Made by a program: the position numbers and the translations under genes
DNA from: Vicugna vicugna
Lineage: Eukaryota
Assembly (NCBI GenBank): GCA_013265495.1
Contig: MU061168.1
Location: forward strand, 1,400,209-1,464,208
Length of the DNA: 64,000 bases
Direction: 5' to 3'
The notes under the pieces: generated by a model
Seen by the model: the letters and a program-made list of their open reading frames with translations, nothing else
Databases searched by the model: none
What the model was told of the DNA's origin: nothing
Part shown: positions 34,361-47,589 of the stretch, piece after piece
How the letters are laid out: each line of letters opens with the position of its first letter
Position numbering within the stretch: the stretch's first letter is position 1

Positions 34361-36029
34361 ATTGGGTTCCGCTCACCTCACACTTTCTGGCTCCCAAGGA
34401 CCTCCCCTCCTGGTCTTTCTGGCTAGAAAGCTACGTCCTTAGTTTCCCTACTCTGCCACCCACTTCCTTCAACTGTGTCTGCATCCAGAGTCACGAGATG
34501 AGTGACTATGCAGAGAAAATACGGCAACGTGGATTCTCCTCATGCTATGGAGACTCCGTTTCCAGGTCAGAGAGAAGGGTCCCCCCTTGGAGTTTTAGGA
34601 GCCCACCTGGATCCTGCGGGTATTGCCAAGGGGGCCGGGCAGTGAGAGAATGGAAGAACAATTAACCAACCCAGGGGATTTCTGCCACTCTCTCAGACCT
34701 GTGGGGACTTTCTTTCCAATGCCTCAGATCGGAAACAGATGGCTTTTCTTGGGGTTCTTTCTGTCCTCTTCTGGTGGACGGTTCCAGGTTTCTGACTGAG
34801 TTTGAATCTAGGCTCAGAGACTCTGAAGAATAAAACCTGGCAACTCACCGTTTTGGGTGGTGCTTCGAGTTCTGGTCTCCTTTCCCAATCTGCTTGTCAC
34901 CATGACAGTTGTGAATAGCATCTACATGGTCATGATAATGTAAACACTGAACGTATTGAATTTAACTAAATTCTTTTGGGAGAGTGGGGGTAATAAGAAG
35001 GTGTGCAATGTGGAGTTGGAGACAGTGGCAAAGAAGTCTCACCTTCCATACCGGGAAGCCAGTGGGTAGTGCAACTGGAAAATCAAGAAGTAGCCGTATC
35101 AGCATGTTACTTAACGATAGGCAGGAAGCAACCCAGAACAATCCTCTAAAAGTTGAAAGTATTTTCCAGTGAGTGGTGAGAAATGGGGGTGGGGAGGGGC
35201 GGTGTGTGCAACTGCTATTTTTCATCCAAGTCTTATAAAACGATTTGACTCTTGAAACTGTGTGCATATGAAACTTTTATTAAAAATAAAAGAGTAAATT
35301 AAAAAAGGAGGAAATCCCTACAGGCAGAGATGACAGAGATGTGGGAAATTATGAGAAATAGGAGTCTGATTCAGATACATTTCAGATAGTTTGTGGTCTC
35401 CCCACCCCCAAACAGGCCCCAGTAGATAACAGTGCCAGTGGGGAGCCTTTGATCTATAGACTTTGGAAAAAAAGAATCTTAGAAAGTTGAAAACTTAAAA
35501 GCATGGAACCATGAAAGTTTGGAATCCAATACTTCATAGAATCTCATTTTAATTCATCAACTAAAACTCAACTCAGCTGTCACTTCCTCCAGGAAGCCTT
35601 CACTGACCCCATTCCCCATTCCCTGGATCCCTGCCTTCCCTGCGCTCCCAGCGCTCATCAGCCAGTAGAATCAGACTGGTTACTAGCACCCCTTTTCCAC
35701 TGATGGCAGAACATGTCTCCTTCATCATTTCCAGGTAAATGCAGTCATTTCCACTTGGAACGCAATTGTTCAGGGTTCCCGCCCCAGCTTCCTCCCTTTC
35801 CCTGGGGTGGCATCCAGTCCAGGGAGTTGGAGAAGCCTCAGCTTCGTGGAGAGCTCCTGGGGAGGCTCTGCCAGGTCCTATTTGCCCGGATGTGCCCTGC
35901 CAGCATTTTACCCTATTGTGTCTTCACCGTACTGGGTGAAGTGCGGCTGTGAAACTCACAGGGACCTCACTTACCTGCGGGGCCTTACCCGGGAAGGATG
36001 CGCATCCTTTTTCCTCCAGATCCCAGAAC

Positions 36030-36570
36030 TAACCTGTACCAGTTTTCTGCTGCTGCACAACAGTATTACCGCAAATATAGAGACTTAAAACAAGACACGT
36101 GTATTATCTCGTGGTTTCTGTGGGGCAGGAGTCTGGCCATGGCTTGGCTGGGCCCTTTGAAAGGTGGCAGTTGAGATAACTGCCAGGGCTGAGTTCTTCC
36201 CTGAGGCTCAGTCAGGGAGAGACATGCTCCAGGCTCACAGGGTGGTTGGCAGGCCCCTGGCTACCGAGGGCCCCAGTTTCTCGCTGGCTGTTGGTTGGAG
36301 GATGCTGTCAGCTCTTTGTCATGTGGTCCTTACCACGGGGAAGCTCACAGCACTGCCCTTGGCTTTTCACAGTCAGCAAGGGAGGGTGTCTCCTTGTACG
36401 ACAGGCACTAACATCGTGTGTCAGGTAAGCATGTGCACATAATCACGTACATCCTGTGGCCATTACCATGTTCTGTTGGTTGGAAGCAAGTCACAGGTAC
36501 TGCCCACACTCAAAGGCCTCCCCTTCTTCAAGGGCATGAGTACCACAAGGTGGACATCACTCAGTCTGCT
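36030..36570 (-). mobile_element. MLT1F/G/H-type MaLR LTR
   Basis: tgtaccagttttctgctgctgc start; ggtttctgtggggcaggagt and ttctgttggttggaagcaagtcacagg motifs. Confidence 0.8.
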
Positions 36571-36726
36571 CACTGTGGGTCTGGTCCCTGGGTCTAGAAC
36601 ACCCACCTGGGGGCAGAGAGCCCCACTCCTGCGTTAATCTCTGACTTTTCCTCTATCTCTCTGTCCCCTTCTGGCCTGTGGAGTCTTGGTGGGGGAAACT
36701 GACTTGACTTTGCTCAGGTGTGTCTT

Positions 36727-37018
36727 TTTTTTTTAATTGAAGTACAGTCAGTTTACAATGTTGTGTTCATTTCTGGTGTGCAGCATAATGTTTCAGTCAT
36801 CCATATACATACATACATTCATTTTCATATTCTTTTTCTAAACGGTTTCTACAAGATATTGAATATAGTTCCCTGTGCTCTACAGTAGAAAGTTGTTGTT
36901 CATCTCTTTTCTATTTAGTAGTTAGTATCTGCACATCTCGAACTCCCAGTGTATCCCATCCTGCTCCCTTCCCTCCCCCTGGCCCCCATAACCATAAGTT
37001 TGTTTTCTATGTAGGTAT
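36727..37018 (-). mobile_element. 5'-truncated L1 3' end
   Basis: L1 terminus aattgaagtacagtcagtttacaatg; perfect TSD ggtgtgtctt at 36717-36726 and 37019-37028. Confidence 0.92.
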
Positions 37019-37329
37019 GGTGTGTCTTCTTAATGCTGCTATTTATAGAAGGTTGCCTTTGTGTTCTTAGAAGCCAGGATTTTGAGGTCTCATGCAACTT
37101 GCTGTCAGAGGTTCCAAAATTCTCTTTTAAACTCCAAAGCTGGACACTCACATTTTTTGTTGCTTGTTGTTTATGCCCTTCCTTTTCAATGTAATAAGAC
37201 CAGATGACCCTAACTGCTGCTCCCAAAGTGCAGAAAGGTGATGGGCAAGAGTGAATGGTGGGGAATCGCAGCCCTACGTCCTGCTACCTCGCGCGGGGCC
37301 TGCAGGAACGTAAGCTACGACATCAGGGA

Positions 37330-37500
37330 CCTGGGGGCAAACCCTAGCTCTACCGCTTACTAGCTTAATGAATGTGGGCGAGTCAGTTGTTTTCCATGAG
37401 CCTCAGTTTCCTCCCCTATAAAATAGGGATCACGATGTCTATTCTTATATTGTGAGGATTAATTGGAGCGAAGTTGGTAAAAACTCCTTTGTAAGCTATA
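37330..37500 (+). mobile_element. MIR SINE
   Basis: gagcctcagtttcctcccctataaaataggg...tgtgaggattaa. Confidence 0.8.
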
Positions 37501-37840
37501 AAGTCCCATATGTGTGTGCCTTGACCATTATAGTTGCACAAGTGCACAGGAGGCCACTCTGATTGTAGGCGACACTCAGTTTTGACACGACTTCTTTGTA
37601 GTCCGGGAAAGGGCCACAGCCTTTGACGCCGGTTAACTGGGTGAGAGAAGAGACTGACGGCAGGCTTGTAGCTGTGTCTTGGGCAAGGGCTGCTTTGTCT
37701 TGAGGTTTTACCAAATCAGTGTCACAATAATCAGATGGCAGCATTATATTATGTGTGTGGATGCATCTGGTAAATTACACAGGTGGGGAGAATGAACAGT
37801 CAGGTTCCTAGACTGGAAATATTATTTCAAAATGCCTTTT

Positions 37841-38036
37841 GGGGCAGGGGAGGGTATAGCTCAGTGGTAGAGTGTGTGCTTAGCATGCACGAGATCCTGG
37901 GGTCAGTCCCCAGTATCTCCATTAAATAAATAAATTAATAAACCTAATGACCTCCTCTGCCCCTAAAAAAAAACACCCCACAACCAAAAGAAAAAATTAA
38001 AAAGAAAGAAAGGTGAAATTAAAGTTAAAAAAAAAA
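37841..38036 (+). mobile_element. tRNA-Ala-derived SINE (Vic-1-like) with a long composite A-rich tail
   Basis: ggggagggtatagctcagtggtagagtgtgtgcttagcatgcacgag...taaataaa. Confidence 0.9.
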
Positions 38037-39953
38037 TACCGTCTGGGCAGAGTTTATTCATTCTTTGCACTATGTTCTTTCTTTTCCATCACAGCAGTAT
38101 TACAACCCGTCTGTAAGGGGAGAGTTATGTTATGCAGAGACTTGCAGAAGAGCTTTCTTCTCTTTGGACTTGCTCGAACAATATTAATTTTAATAAGTAT
38201 TTATGGAGTCCGCCTGCCATCGGGTGGTATGGACGACACAAACAAGCTATAAAATTCCTTTAACTTTCTCCTGAGAATCTCATCTTCTGCTGCCTTGTAG
38301 CTCATCTTTTACTAGAAAAGAGAAATTGATACATCAAATTGCAGACCCAGCTGAAGGTCTATAAAATGAGCGAAGCAACCTGTTACATGGGTGTGAAATT
38401 AGGGCCCTCCTGATGGTGGAAGGAACTTCTCGATGGGACTGGGTCATACCATCCACGGATGTTTTGAATTTGTCCTTCCGTAGCTTGTCTAAAGATATCT
38501 ATCTCCTGGTTGGGGCTTTCCGTACACCATCTTGTTTTAAAGCCAGCTGATTGAACACATGGTGTCTGGGCAAACTACATCATTTATCTAACATTAGCAG
38601 AGGGACCGTGTGCCTTAGGCTTCACAAAGACATGGAAAAAAGGGTGATTCAGGGGTCCTAAATGGTGGTGTTTTGTGCAAAGTGAGAACTCAGAGTGTGG
38701 TTAGCAAAGGGAAAGCGTTAGTCCCTAGGGACCAGAGCCAGAAGCCCGGCTTGCAGATAAGAGAGACAAGGACAGGTCTCAGTGTCTGGGAGGCCTCCCC
38801 TGCCTGCGGGATCCCGGCAGGCAGGGTTAGGCCCTGTCCAAGGCAGAGAGTGTTTGCTCCCTGCATTTTACCTCCAGGCCCACAGGTTCACTCCGGAGGG
38901 GCCAGCAAAGGCAGATGGGTGTTACTAACAATTCCGAATTCGTACCATGTGCCGAGCCCAGTGTTAGGGACTTTATGGATAGAGCCTTATTTAATCTCAA
39001 TAAAAACTATATGACGCAAGAACAATAATATGGCTTTTTTAGTCACCAGAGCTTCTAAGACTCTGGTGAGAAGAAATGAAATTCTAAAAATTTCCCTAAC
39101 ATTGAACTCAGTTTGTAAATCCCTAGTCCTGCTGCTTGAAGAAATGTAATCTAGCAATGTTTCAATCCTATTCAACCCAACATATTAATTTTTGGGTTAC
39201 TTCTGGTTTAAAATGTAATCATTTCAAGGTCTGTGGCTCCCCCCACCCCCAGCCCCCACACAGAGTCCTATGTCTTGTTCAAGGGAGCCTTCAGGAAGCA
39301 GGGGCACTGCATCGGTGGGCGGCTGGCCTGTGGTTGCCTCACTGATGAGCTATCTGCTGCAGAGGCTCCTCTTTCTCTCTTTTTCCATCTCAGTTTGTAC
39401 TTAACCTGGGAGCTGGGGTATCTTCCTCTGCTGACTTGGCCCCACTTCTGCCCTTGCGTTGCTGCTGTCACCCTGAGCTCCAGTGCAGAGAGCGTCCTCT
39501 GATCCGCTGGGCTGTCCTCTCCAGCCCCAGCAGTGGGGCCCACTTGCCTTGTGCTATGGTTACTTCCAGGCCCGCTCACGGTGTTCATTCTCAGTGAACT
39601 CTGGCTTTCCATTCACGCTTGCAGACTCTGCCGGGGCTCCTTGCAGTCAGGCCCATCACTTCCCTCTGTGCTCCCTGAAAGGTGCTGGCTGACTCTCAGA
39701 GCCCTCGGATGGGTGGGTACAGCCCCACCCCACTCTGTGATGCTCTCTGCCCAGCCTGGGCCTGCCCGAGGGATGAGAGACAGGGAACTGGGTTCCTACA
39801 AGGTATCTCCTGCTTTCTTCTCTCAAAACTCTCTTCCTTCTTCTCCATCTTCAAGCTCTTCCATTTGCTTTGGAGTACGGGACAAATCTGCCTTCCCTAT
39901 TGGAATTTCCACTTAAAATTTTTCTTGTCTCACACTTAGAAAGTATCCTTTGA

Positions 39954-40671
39954 AAACTGAAACTAAACTTACCCTATGATCCAGCAATCCCACTCCTGGG
40001 CAAATATCTGGAGGAAACTCTAATTTGAAAAGACACATGCACCCCAATGTTCAGAGCAGCACTTTTTACAATAGCCAAGACATGGAAGCAACCTAAGTGT
40101 CCAACAACAGATGACTGGATAAAGAAGCCGTGGTATATATATATNNNNNNNNNNNNNNNNNNNNNNNNNNNNNNNNNNNNNNNNNNNNNNNNNNNNNNNN
40201 NNNNNNNNNNNNNNNNNNNNNNNNNNNNNNNNNNNNNNNNNNNNNNNNNNNNNNNNNNNNNNNNNNNNNNNNNNNNNNNNNNNNNNNNNNNNNNAAAGCC
40301 AGAAAGAGAAAGAAAAATACCATATGATATCACTTACATGTGGAATCCAAAAAAAAAAAAGAGGACATGAAATTATTTATAAGACAGTGATAGACTCACA
40401 GACATAGAAAACAAACTTATGGTTCCTGGGGGGAAAGGGATTGGGGAGGAATAAATTGGGAGTTCAGGATTTGTAGATACTAACTATTATATATTAAGTA
40501 GATAAACAACAGGGTCTTATTATATTGCACAGGGAACTATATTCAATACCTTGTAATGGCTTACAATGAAAGGGGTTGTGAAAAGGAATGTACATATATA
40601 TATATATATATCTCACTATGCTGTACACCAGAAATTAACACATTATAAATCGACTATACTTCAATAAAAAA
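39954..40671 (+). mobile_element. 5'-truncated L1 (contains N-run 40145-40294)
   Basis: L1 ORF2 end (MFRAALFTIAKTWKQPKCP) and 3' UTR; 16-bp TSD agaaagtat(c/t)ctttga at 39938-39953 and 40672-40687. Confidence 0.93.
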
Positions 40672-40819
40672 AGAAAGTATTCTTTGACCTTAAAAGATAA
40701 AGAATGCGGCACATTTGTCCCCAAAGGTAACTGTTGCGACATCAGTGGAGTCCCTCCCTTTAACTGCAGAGCATGGGCAGGACAGTGGCTATACAGCAGC
40801 ATATCAACTAACGCCTTGA

Positions 40820-40930
40820 AACATGATTTCACTATACTAATGTTATTCCCATCTCACAGTAAGGAAATCAAGTCTCAGAGAGGTTGAGTATTTGACTAAA
40901 CTGGTGTCCAAGCTGGGACAAAGCCCAGAG
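40820..40930 (-). mobile_element. MIR fragment
   Basis: cccatctcacagtaaggaaatcaagtctcagagaggttgagta. Confidence 0.65.
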
Positions 40931-41749
40931 TTGTTTTAAAGCAGATCACCCCCGAACCCCACTCCCACAAATCGTATCCTGAGGAAACCCATGCTCCTTG
41001 CCAGTTTCTGGGCGAGTGCAAAGACAAGCCTTACGAAGCAGAACAAGTGCAGAGTCATACTGGAGTTGTTGGTCTTAAGGTGCAACAGACACAAGAGTCA
41101 TCACTGGAAGACTGGCTGTGCCAGGTGGGCTTGTAAGAACCATGTTACGTGTACAGCTGATAGGCAGCTTCTAGCAAACAGGTCCCCGCCGCTTCAGCTA
41201 AAGCAGGAAAGAGGAAGAGGGGCTGAGTAAATCCTCAAGTATGCTGACTGTTTTCTGCATTCAGAAGATCAGAGAAACCAAGGAGAACCCCCAAGTGGGT
41301 TCTATCCAGTGAGATGGCTGCAGAGACAAAGGAGGAAAAGATAAGGGGACAGCCTCAACTTCTGAAGGCTGATTCCCCAGCAGACAGAAACACTACGTGG
41401 GGAACACGCAGGAGGCATGTGAACTCCCAATTTCCCAGAAAGAAACATTAATTGTCAGAAATGTAATAGGGCACTCTCAGCACAAGGTGGTGGATTGAAT
41501 TCACACTGTCATTTCTTTTCCTTGCTCCAGTCTCACTGAAATGACAGAAGGAATAAGAAAGGAGTAAAGCCACAAGAACAGAGAGTACAAATTCCCAGAC
41601 ACTGATTTTGGAAGCTCCCACGCAAATGGCTGGGTCACCACCCGATCTCCTGCTGCAAAGCCTGGAAGCTGACAAGCTCCACCCGAGCACAGAGACCTTC
41701 CAGCCAGCTTTTTAGAACTTCATTTTAAGATAGGCAACCAAAGACCATC

Positions 41750-43050
41750 AAACGTTCGTAAATATTATCATATAGAAAAGATAGTGGCCAAAACAAGCAA
41801 ATAGGGAAAAGTAACCCTGAAGAAACACAAATGAGAAAGGAAGAAAAATCTTCAAAAAAATCCCTATAATTAAAGATACTCAGAGAGATGAGGTAATATT
41901 ATAAGAGGTATCCTTAGAAAGATGAGGTAATGGAACACAGAAGAACTCATGAGAATTAAAAATGTGATAGAAGTGATCTATTTGATAAATGAATTGGGAG
42001 ATAACATTGAGGAAGGTAGTGTAGAAGATAATCCCTCAGAAATAGAACAAAAAAATAAAAGAGGTGGAAAATAGGAAAGAAAAGGCAAAACTGGAGAATC
42101 AGGTCAAGATGTCCACATTTGCTGAAAAGGAGCCTCAAAGAGAGAAGAGAGAAAATGGAGAGGAAACCACCCAAGAAATAATGCAAGAGAAATTTAGAAA
42201 AATAACACAAGATAATTTCCAAAAGAAGAACTTCTGGATTTAAGGGCCCAGCAAAATGAATGAACAGTTTGGCTATAAAGTACATCTTCATGTAAATTCA
42301 GAACACCTGGCATGTAGAGAAGGGTCTAAAAATATTCAAAGGTGAATAAGCAGGCTATGTACAACATATCGGGAATCAGAATGGCATGGGATTTGTCATG
42401 GAAACTCGGGAAGATGGAAGACAATGAGTCATGTTTTTAAAATTCTAGGAAAGATACATTTCAATCTAGAACAACATATTCTGCCAAACCATCATTTCGG
42501 ATTGAAGGCAGAATAATATTTGCAGACACACAAGTTTTTATATTTGTATCACCTTTGTTCAGATGTTCAGAGGGCTACTGGGTGTGTGCTCTGCAGAATG
42601 AGACTGCAAACCAAGAATGAGGAAAATGTCAAGTTAATGCGGGGAGAGGCAACACAGGAGAGCAGAAAAGTAAAGGCAATTCCCAGGGTGATGGGGAGAG
42701 GAGTTCCAGGACTGCGGCTAGTCTGTATGTCCAGAGAGCACCCGCTGAGGCTGGAAGTCTCCAGGAGGGAGGTTCTCAAGAAACCCACTGAAACTGGTAG
42801 GTTAGCTAATAGGTTTGATGGCAATCAGACGGTTCATATGGTACCCAGGAGGAAGCTGACATATAAACTATAAAATAGAAAGATCAAGAGATAAGAATAT
42901 ATTAATATTATTTAGAAATAAACAATCAGAAGAAATAGTTTAAAAAAACTAAAAATGTTTGTTCTGGGCAGCGGGAGTCAGGGACATAGTGGGAGTTGTC
43001 CCAAGGACCGGTTTTCATTTAAGTCTATAGTTCTATTTAAAAGGATGTAT
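41750..43050 (+). mobile_element. HAL1 (half-L1) / L1ME ORF1-type element
   Basis: Degenerate ORF1 DNA (gggaatcagaatggcat, ttttaaaattctagg, ttcaatctagaa..tattctgccaaaccatc) followed by HAL1-type 3' sequence (aaggcaattcccagggtgatgg). Confidence 0.7.
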
Positions 43051-43052
43051 AA

Positions 43053-43180
43053 GGGAGGCGGGAGGGTATAGCTCAAGTGGTAGAGCATATGCTTAGCATG
43101 CATAAAATCCTGGGTTCAATCCCCATCACCTCCTCCAAGAATAAATAAATAAACCTGATTACCTTCCCCCACCAAAAAAA
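43053..43180 (+). mobile_element. tRNA-Ala-derived SINE (Vic-1-like)
   Basis: Full SINE body; ggatgtata is duplicated on both flanks (43043-43051 and 43182-43190). Confidence 0.9.
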
Positions 43181-43749
43181 TGGATGTATATATATTATTT
43201 TGAAATGGCTGATATTTGTTAGTTTTGGCTTATGAAAATGGGAGTTTCACATGGTCCTACTTGATAAAAATTAAATTATAACATAAGTGTGAACGAATCA
43301 CTAAAAGCAGTGCTGCACATAGTTTTGGCCAAGACAGAGAAAGGAAAACAAAGAAAATTATGAGCACGTTGGCATAACTCAGTGGATGAGATAACCCTTC
43401 TGTTATATTGTCTCTGCCCTTCTAGAAGGGCAGTGTATGTGCATGAACTGTGTTTTCATGACAACGTTGCATCTCCCTTCATTAGCTGTCTAAAATTTCA
43501 GCTGTGGCTGTGGTTTCTGTCTCGAAAATGATACTTGAAAACCACGCCAAAACCCTCATACTGCTCGTTCATTCCTTGGCCTCTCTTGGTGCCTGTACTT
43601 TTATCTCTCTCTATGTCTCTATCTCTTGAATCCTTTTCTCCCAGCACTTCCCCTTTCCTCACTTGGTCCTGATTTCCTGAGAGGGATCGGACAGGACTCC
43701 CACTGTGCTAGGGTCAGGGGAGACCCAGTGGCCCACTGTACAGTGCTGG

Positions 43750-44275
43750 TCCTGGACCTCAGACAGAACACAAACACCTCTACTCTGGGAACTACTCTCA
43801 GATGCGCTGGGTGAGCTCAAGGCAACCATATGCCCTGTAGGATGGATCCCCTTTGCCAGAGCTGACTGGGACAGAGGCGATACTTTACCCAATCAGATTC
43901 CCTTCTCCGGGAATTTGGAATTGAACTCGAGGGACAGCCAGTTATTCTGTTTCACTGTTGAGTAGCAGGAGCTGCTGGTTTCTCAGGACCTGTGGGTCAT
44001 GCAATCTGTCCTGTGGGCTGAGGATCAGGGAACGCCAGTCCACGGAGACAGACGGTGAAGCTGATGTGCAGAGAGAATCAGAGATGAGAGATGGAATCGA
44101 AATTGTGATGACTCCTAGCTCCAGGTCCTTCCTGAGGAAGGCCATACTCTTCCTCTTGGACATGTAAGAGCTTAGGGGCCTTAAAATAAACAAAATTCTA
44201 TCCCCCTCCCCTTTCTTTGCTTAAACTAGACTGAGTGGGCTTCAGTTACTCGCAACCACAAGAACACTTGGCGGG
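43750..44275 (+). mobile_element. Old MLT1 (H/I/J-like) LTR
   Basis: gctgatgtgcagagagaatcagagatgagagatgg and tttgcttaaactagactgagtgggcttcagttactcgcaacc terminal motifs. Confidence 0.7.
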
Positions 44276-45344
44276 AACATGTTAATTTCTAGAACTCCGA
44301 TTCCGCGATACGTAGGACTGCGCATGTTTTCATGCGTGGGGAGCAGGGGAACCCGAGTCCTGGGCAGGGGGAAGTGAGGCTGGGGACATGGAGGGGTCCT
44401 GTGGGGGTGAGATTTACTGGCCTTAGGGACTCTGACAAGGGACTCCCCTACTTCGCAAGCGTACCTCCGAGAGAGCCTGACCAGACTAGCTAAATACTAT
44501 TTTCCTTCAACTTTTGATGTTAGTCTTTGAAATGCAGCAGATAGTTTAAAACCTGAATAAGTCTGGCTGGTATTTAACTGTGGTCAGTAAGGGGAGACAC
44601 TTTTTTCGCTGAAGATTTTTCTCTCTGGGCTTCGGTGTGTACAGTGTGGAATCCATTTTAGAAAGCGCCTGTCTGTATCGGTTTCTTCTCATGCTCAGTA
44701 TTTTTCTCCCTTCCTTCTGCTCTGGCTGACCTGATATGATGTCATTTGGGCTGTATGAAACATTTTTTTTTTTTGAAAAAGAGTGAACATTATACATTTC
44801 ATCCCCAAAATGCTATTTCTGGGTCTACAATTCATCTCTGCCACGGCATTTTCCTGGTTCCTAAAGGACCTGGTANNNNNNNNNNNNNNNNNNNNNNNNN
44901 NNNNNNNNNNNNNNNNNNNNNNNNNNNNNNNNNNNNNNNNNNNNNNNNNNNNNNNNNNNNNNNNNNNNNNNNNNNNNNNNNNNNNNNNNNNNNNNNNNNN
45001 NNNNNNNNNNNNNNNNNNNNNNNTTGTTACTTTTCCGAGTCCGCTGGTGGCAGCTCAGCGTGGGGCCCTGTTATCTCCCGGCCCAAGCAGCTGGCTTTGG
45101 GCGCCAAGTCTGGACTAGGAGAGATTGCTTCGCTGCCCCAGTGGGGCATTTCACAATTTCCTTTTCCGTGAGAAACTTTAAAAAGCAATCCAGGCCTCAT
45201 GACCTGTGCACTTTAGAGTGTCCACCATGTGACTCGGTTCAGGGAAGGGCTGAGGGCCAGATTCCCTGCTGTGGAGATGTAAATCGTGTCCCCCTGCTGG
45301 GGCAGGTGCCTGGGACGAAGGGCACAGTGGGTCTGGCAGTCAGG

Positions 45345-45760
45345 CCAGTTGGCTTAATAAACTCTCATTGGACACCTACTGTGTGTGAGCAATTATGCTA
45401 AGCCTGGGGGACAGAGGTCAGTAAGAAGTGGTCGATGATGAAGATGGAAAAATAAACAAATAATATATACCAGGTAAAGGGCAGCGAGAGAAGGAATCTG
45501 GGAGCAGGAGGAAGGGGCATCTAGAACTGGCAGGTATGAGAGGGTGAGGAATGGAATATGGAAGGAGGTGGTCCCTTGATCTGAGTCTCAAAGAACAAGT
45601 AGGAATAGTCAGGAGTAAAAGGGAGGGAAAAGCATTTGAGGCAGTGGGAACAGTATGAACGTAACATAGACATGTAAAATTGAGAGGCCTATTTGGGAGA
45701 CAAGTAGATCGCTAGCATGTTCAAGAGAGGAGGGGGTGTATATAAAACAGGGCTGGGGAG
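45345..45760 (-). mobile_element. L2 LINE 3' fragment
   Basis: cacctactgtgtgtg..gctaagcctgggggaca.., ttgatctgagtctcaaagaacaagtagga, aggcagtgggaacagtatg. Confidence 0.65.
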
Positions 45761-46566
45761 GCAAGCAGGGCCCTGGCAGTTGTGTACCATGTTACGGGGT
45801 GGGGGTGCGGTGGGGCCTTCTCCTGTAGGTGTTGAGGAACCGTCAAAATAAGGGCATGCCTTGAATGGGCTGAGGGGCTGAGCCTGAGGGGCAGCCGAGG
45901 GGTGAGGCTCAGACCCAGAAGCCCTTGGAAAAATCTGGTGGGAGAAGGAGGACTGAAGGGCCGGCAGCAGGGGCGCTAGACACCTTCAAGTGCTGAGGGT
46001 CTGAGCAGGACCAGGACTGCACGGGCAGCCGGGTGGGGAGATGGACAGGGAAGAATTGATGGGCGCATTGGCCTTGAGGGTCCTGGATCTGACGTTGGCA
46101 CTGTCAGGTCAAGCTCAAAGAATGAGGCAGATACTGAGGGTAAGAATAAGCCTGAAGAGATGAGAACAGGTCAGAAGCTGGAGGCTCACACAGCTGTGGG
46201 CACAGGACCTGTCAGGAGTGGTGACCCTCCCCTCTTCACTGCCTGCCCCTCACCTCGCCTACCTTGTTTAGCGAGTTTAGGCAATCCCAAGCTTCCACTC
46301 AGGAGTCCATTTCCAGTATGCTGGAGGTGACTGATCAGAGCCAGACCTAGTCATCGGGCTGCTGAGGTGGTTCCTGTCAACAGATACGGCGGCTCGGGCC
46401 AGGTGCCGGCAACGGAGGTTGAGGGAGGTGGGCAGACTGGGATGTGCTTTGTAGGCTGACCTGGTGGTAGGTTGGATGTAGGCATGAGCAGGAAGGCGCT
46501 GGGGACTGACTCCCAGATTTCTGGCTTTTAGCTACTAGAGGTTGGTGGTACCAACTGCTTATGTGG

Positions 46567-46940
46567 TACGTTAGTTTTCCAGGGCTGCTGTGACAAAGTA
46601 CCATAGACCTGATGGCTTAGACAACAGAAGTGAATTTTCTTAGGGTTCTGGAGTCTGGATGTCCAAGATCAAGGTGTCAGCAGAGTTGGCGCCTTCTGAG
46701 GGAGGGGTCTTTTCCAGCCTTTCCTTGCTTTGCAGGGGTGGTATTCCCCCTGTGGCTTCACGTTGTTTTCCCTGTGTGTGTATTGGTGTCCAGACCTCCT
46801 CTTCTTATAAGGACACCCGTCATATTGGATCAGGGCCTCATGTAACTTAATTATCTCTTTAAAGACCCCTATGTCCAAATATGGTCACATGTGGAAGAAC
46901 TGGGGTTTAGGACTTCAGCATTAGAATTTGAGGGGAAGAC
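46567..46940 (-). mobile_element. MLT1B/C-like MaLR solo LTR
   Basis: ttagttttccagggctgctgtgacaaagtaccatagac...tccaagatcaaggtgtcagcag...ttataaggacacc..gacacaattcag. Confidence 0.88.
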
Positions 46941-46959
46941 ACAATTCAGCTCATAATAA

Positions 46960-47140
46960 TGGAGATGCTGAAAAGAGGAACAGTTTTGTAAAGAAATGAA
47001 AGAGCTTGGTATTGAATATATTCATTTTGAGATGCCTATGATACATACAAGTGGAAATGTCAGGCAAGCAGTTGCATACACAGAATCTGGAGCTCAGAGG
47101 TGAGGTCTGGGCTGGAGATACAAATTTAGGAACTGTTGGC
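46960..47140 (-). mobile_element. L2 fragment
   Basis: ttttgagatgcctatgatacatacaagtggaaatgtcaggcaagcagttg...ctggagctcagaggtgaggtctgggctggagat. Confidence 0.75.
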
Positions 47141-47589
47141 AAATTGAAATTTTATTTAAAGCCAAGGGAATTGGTCCTGTGTGTGTGTGGAGGGGGAGGT
47201 TGGGTTGGGGGAAGGGCACTTACATATAAGGAACAAAGAGTCCAAGTTGAACCCCATGGATTTACAGAAGATCTTCCCTCCTACAAGGGTATGGCCTGTG
47301 TCACCAGGCCTGCCATCCAGTCAGCCCTCAAGGCCAGTTCCAATGTAGAAATTAGCTCAAAAAAAAAAAAAATTGTGGAGTACCTGGCAAAGGACTCCTC
47401 CACTGGGACTTCTTCTCAAACAGAGATTTGTTTAAAAAAAAAGAATCCTAACTCTATCATTATACACATAACACATGCTTATTATTAAGAGAATTCCTGC
47501 AAATTAAAAAGCATCATAAAGGGAAGTAAAAAACCCCACCCCATTTTGGACACTTCATACTCTCTTAATCTCAGTCCTTATTGCAGGAT

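Noticed and set aside
34700-34715. Exact 16-mer tgtggggactttcttt repeated at 47609-47624 (NF-kB-like)
   Set aside because: About one exact 16-mer match is expected by chance in 64 kb, the second copy is at an LTR edge, and the motif misses the terminal CC.
44546-44797. 83-aa minus-strand ORF as a coding exon
   Set aside because: The candidate acceptor is preceded by an A-run instead of a pyrimidine tract, and the peptide is unrecognised.
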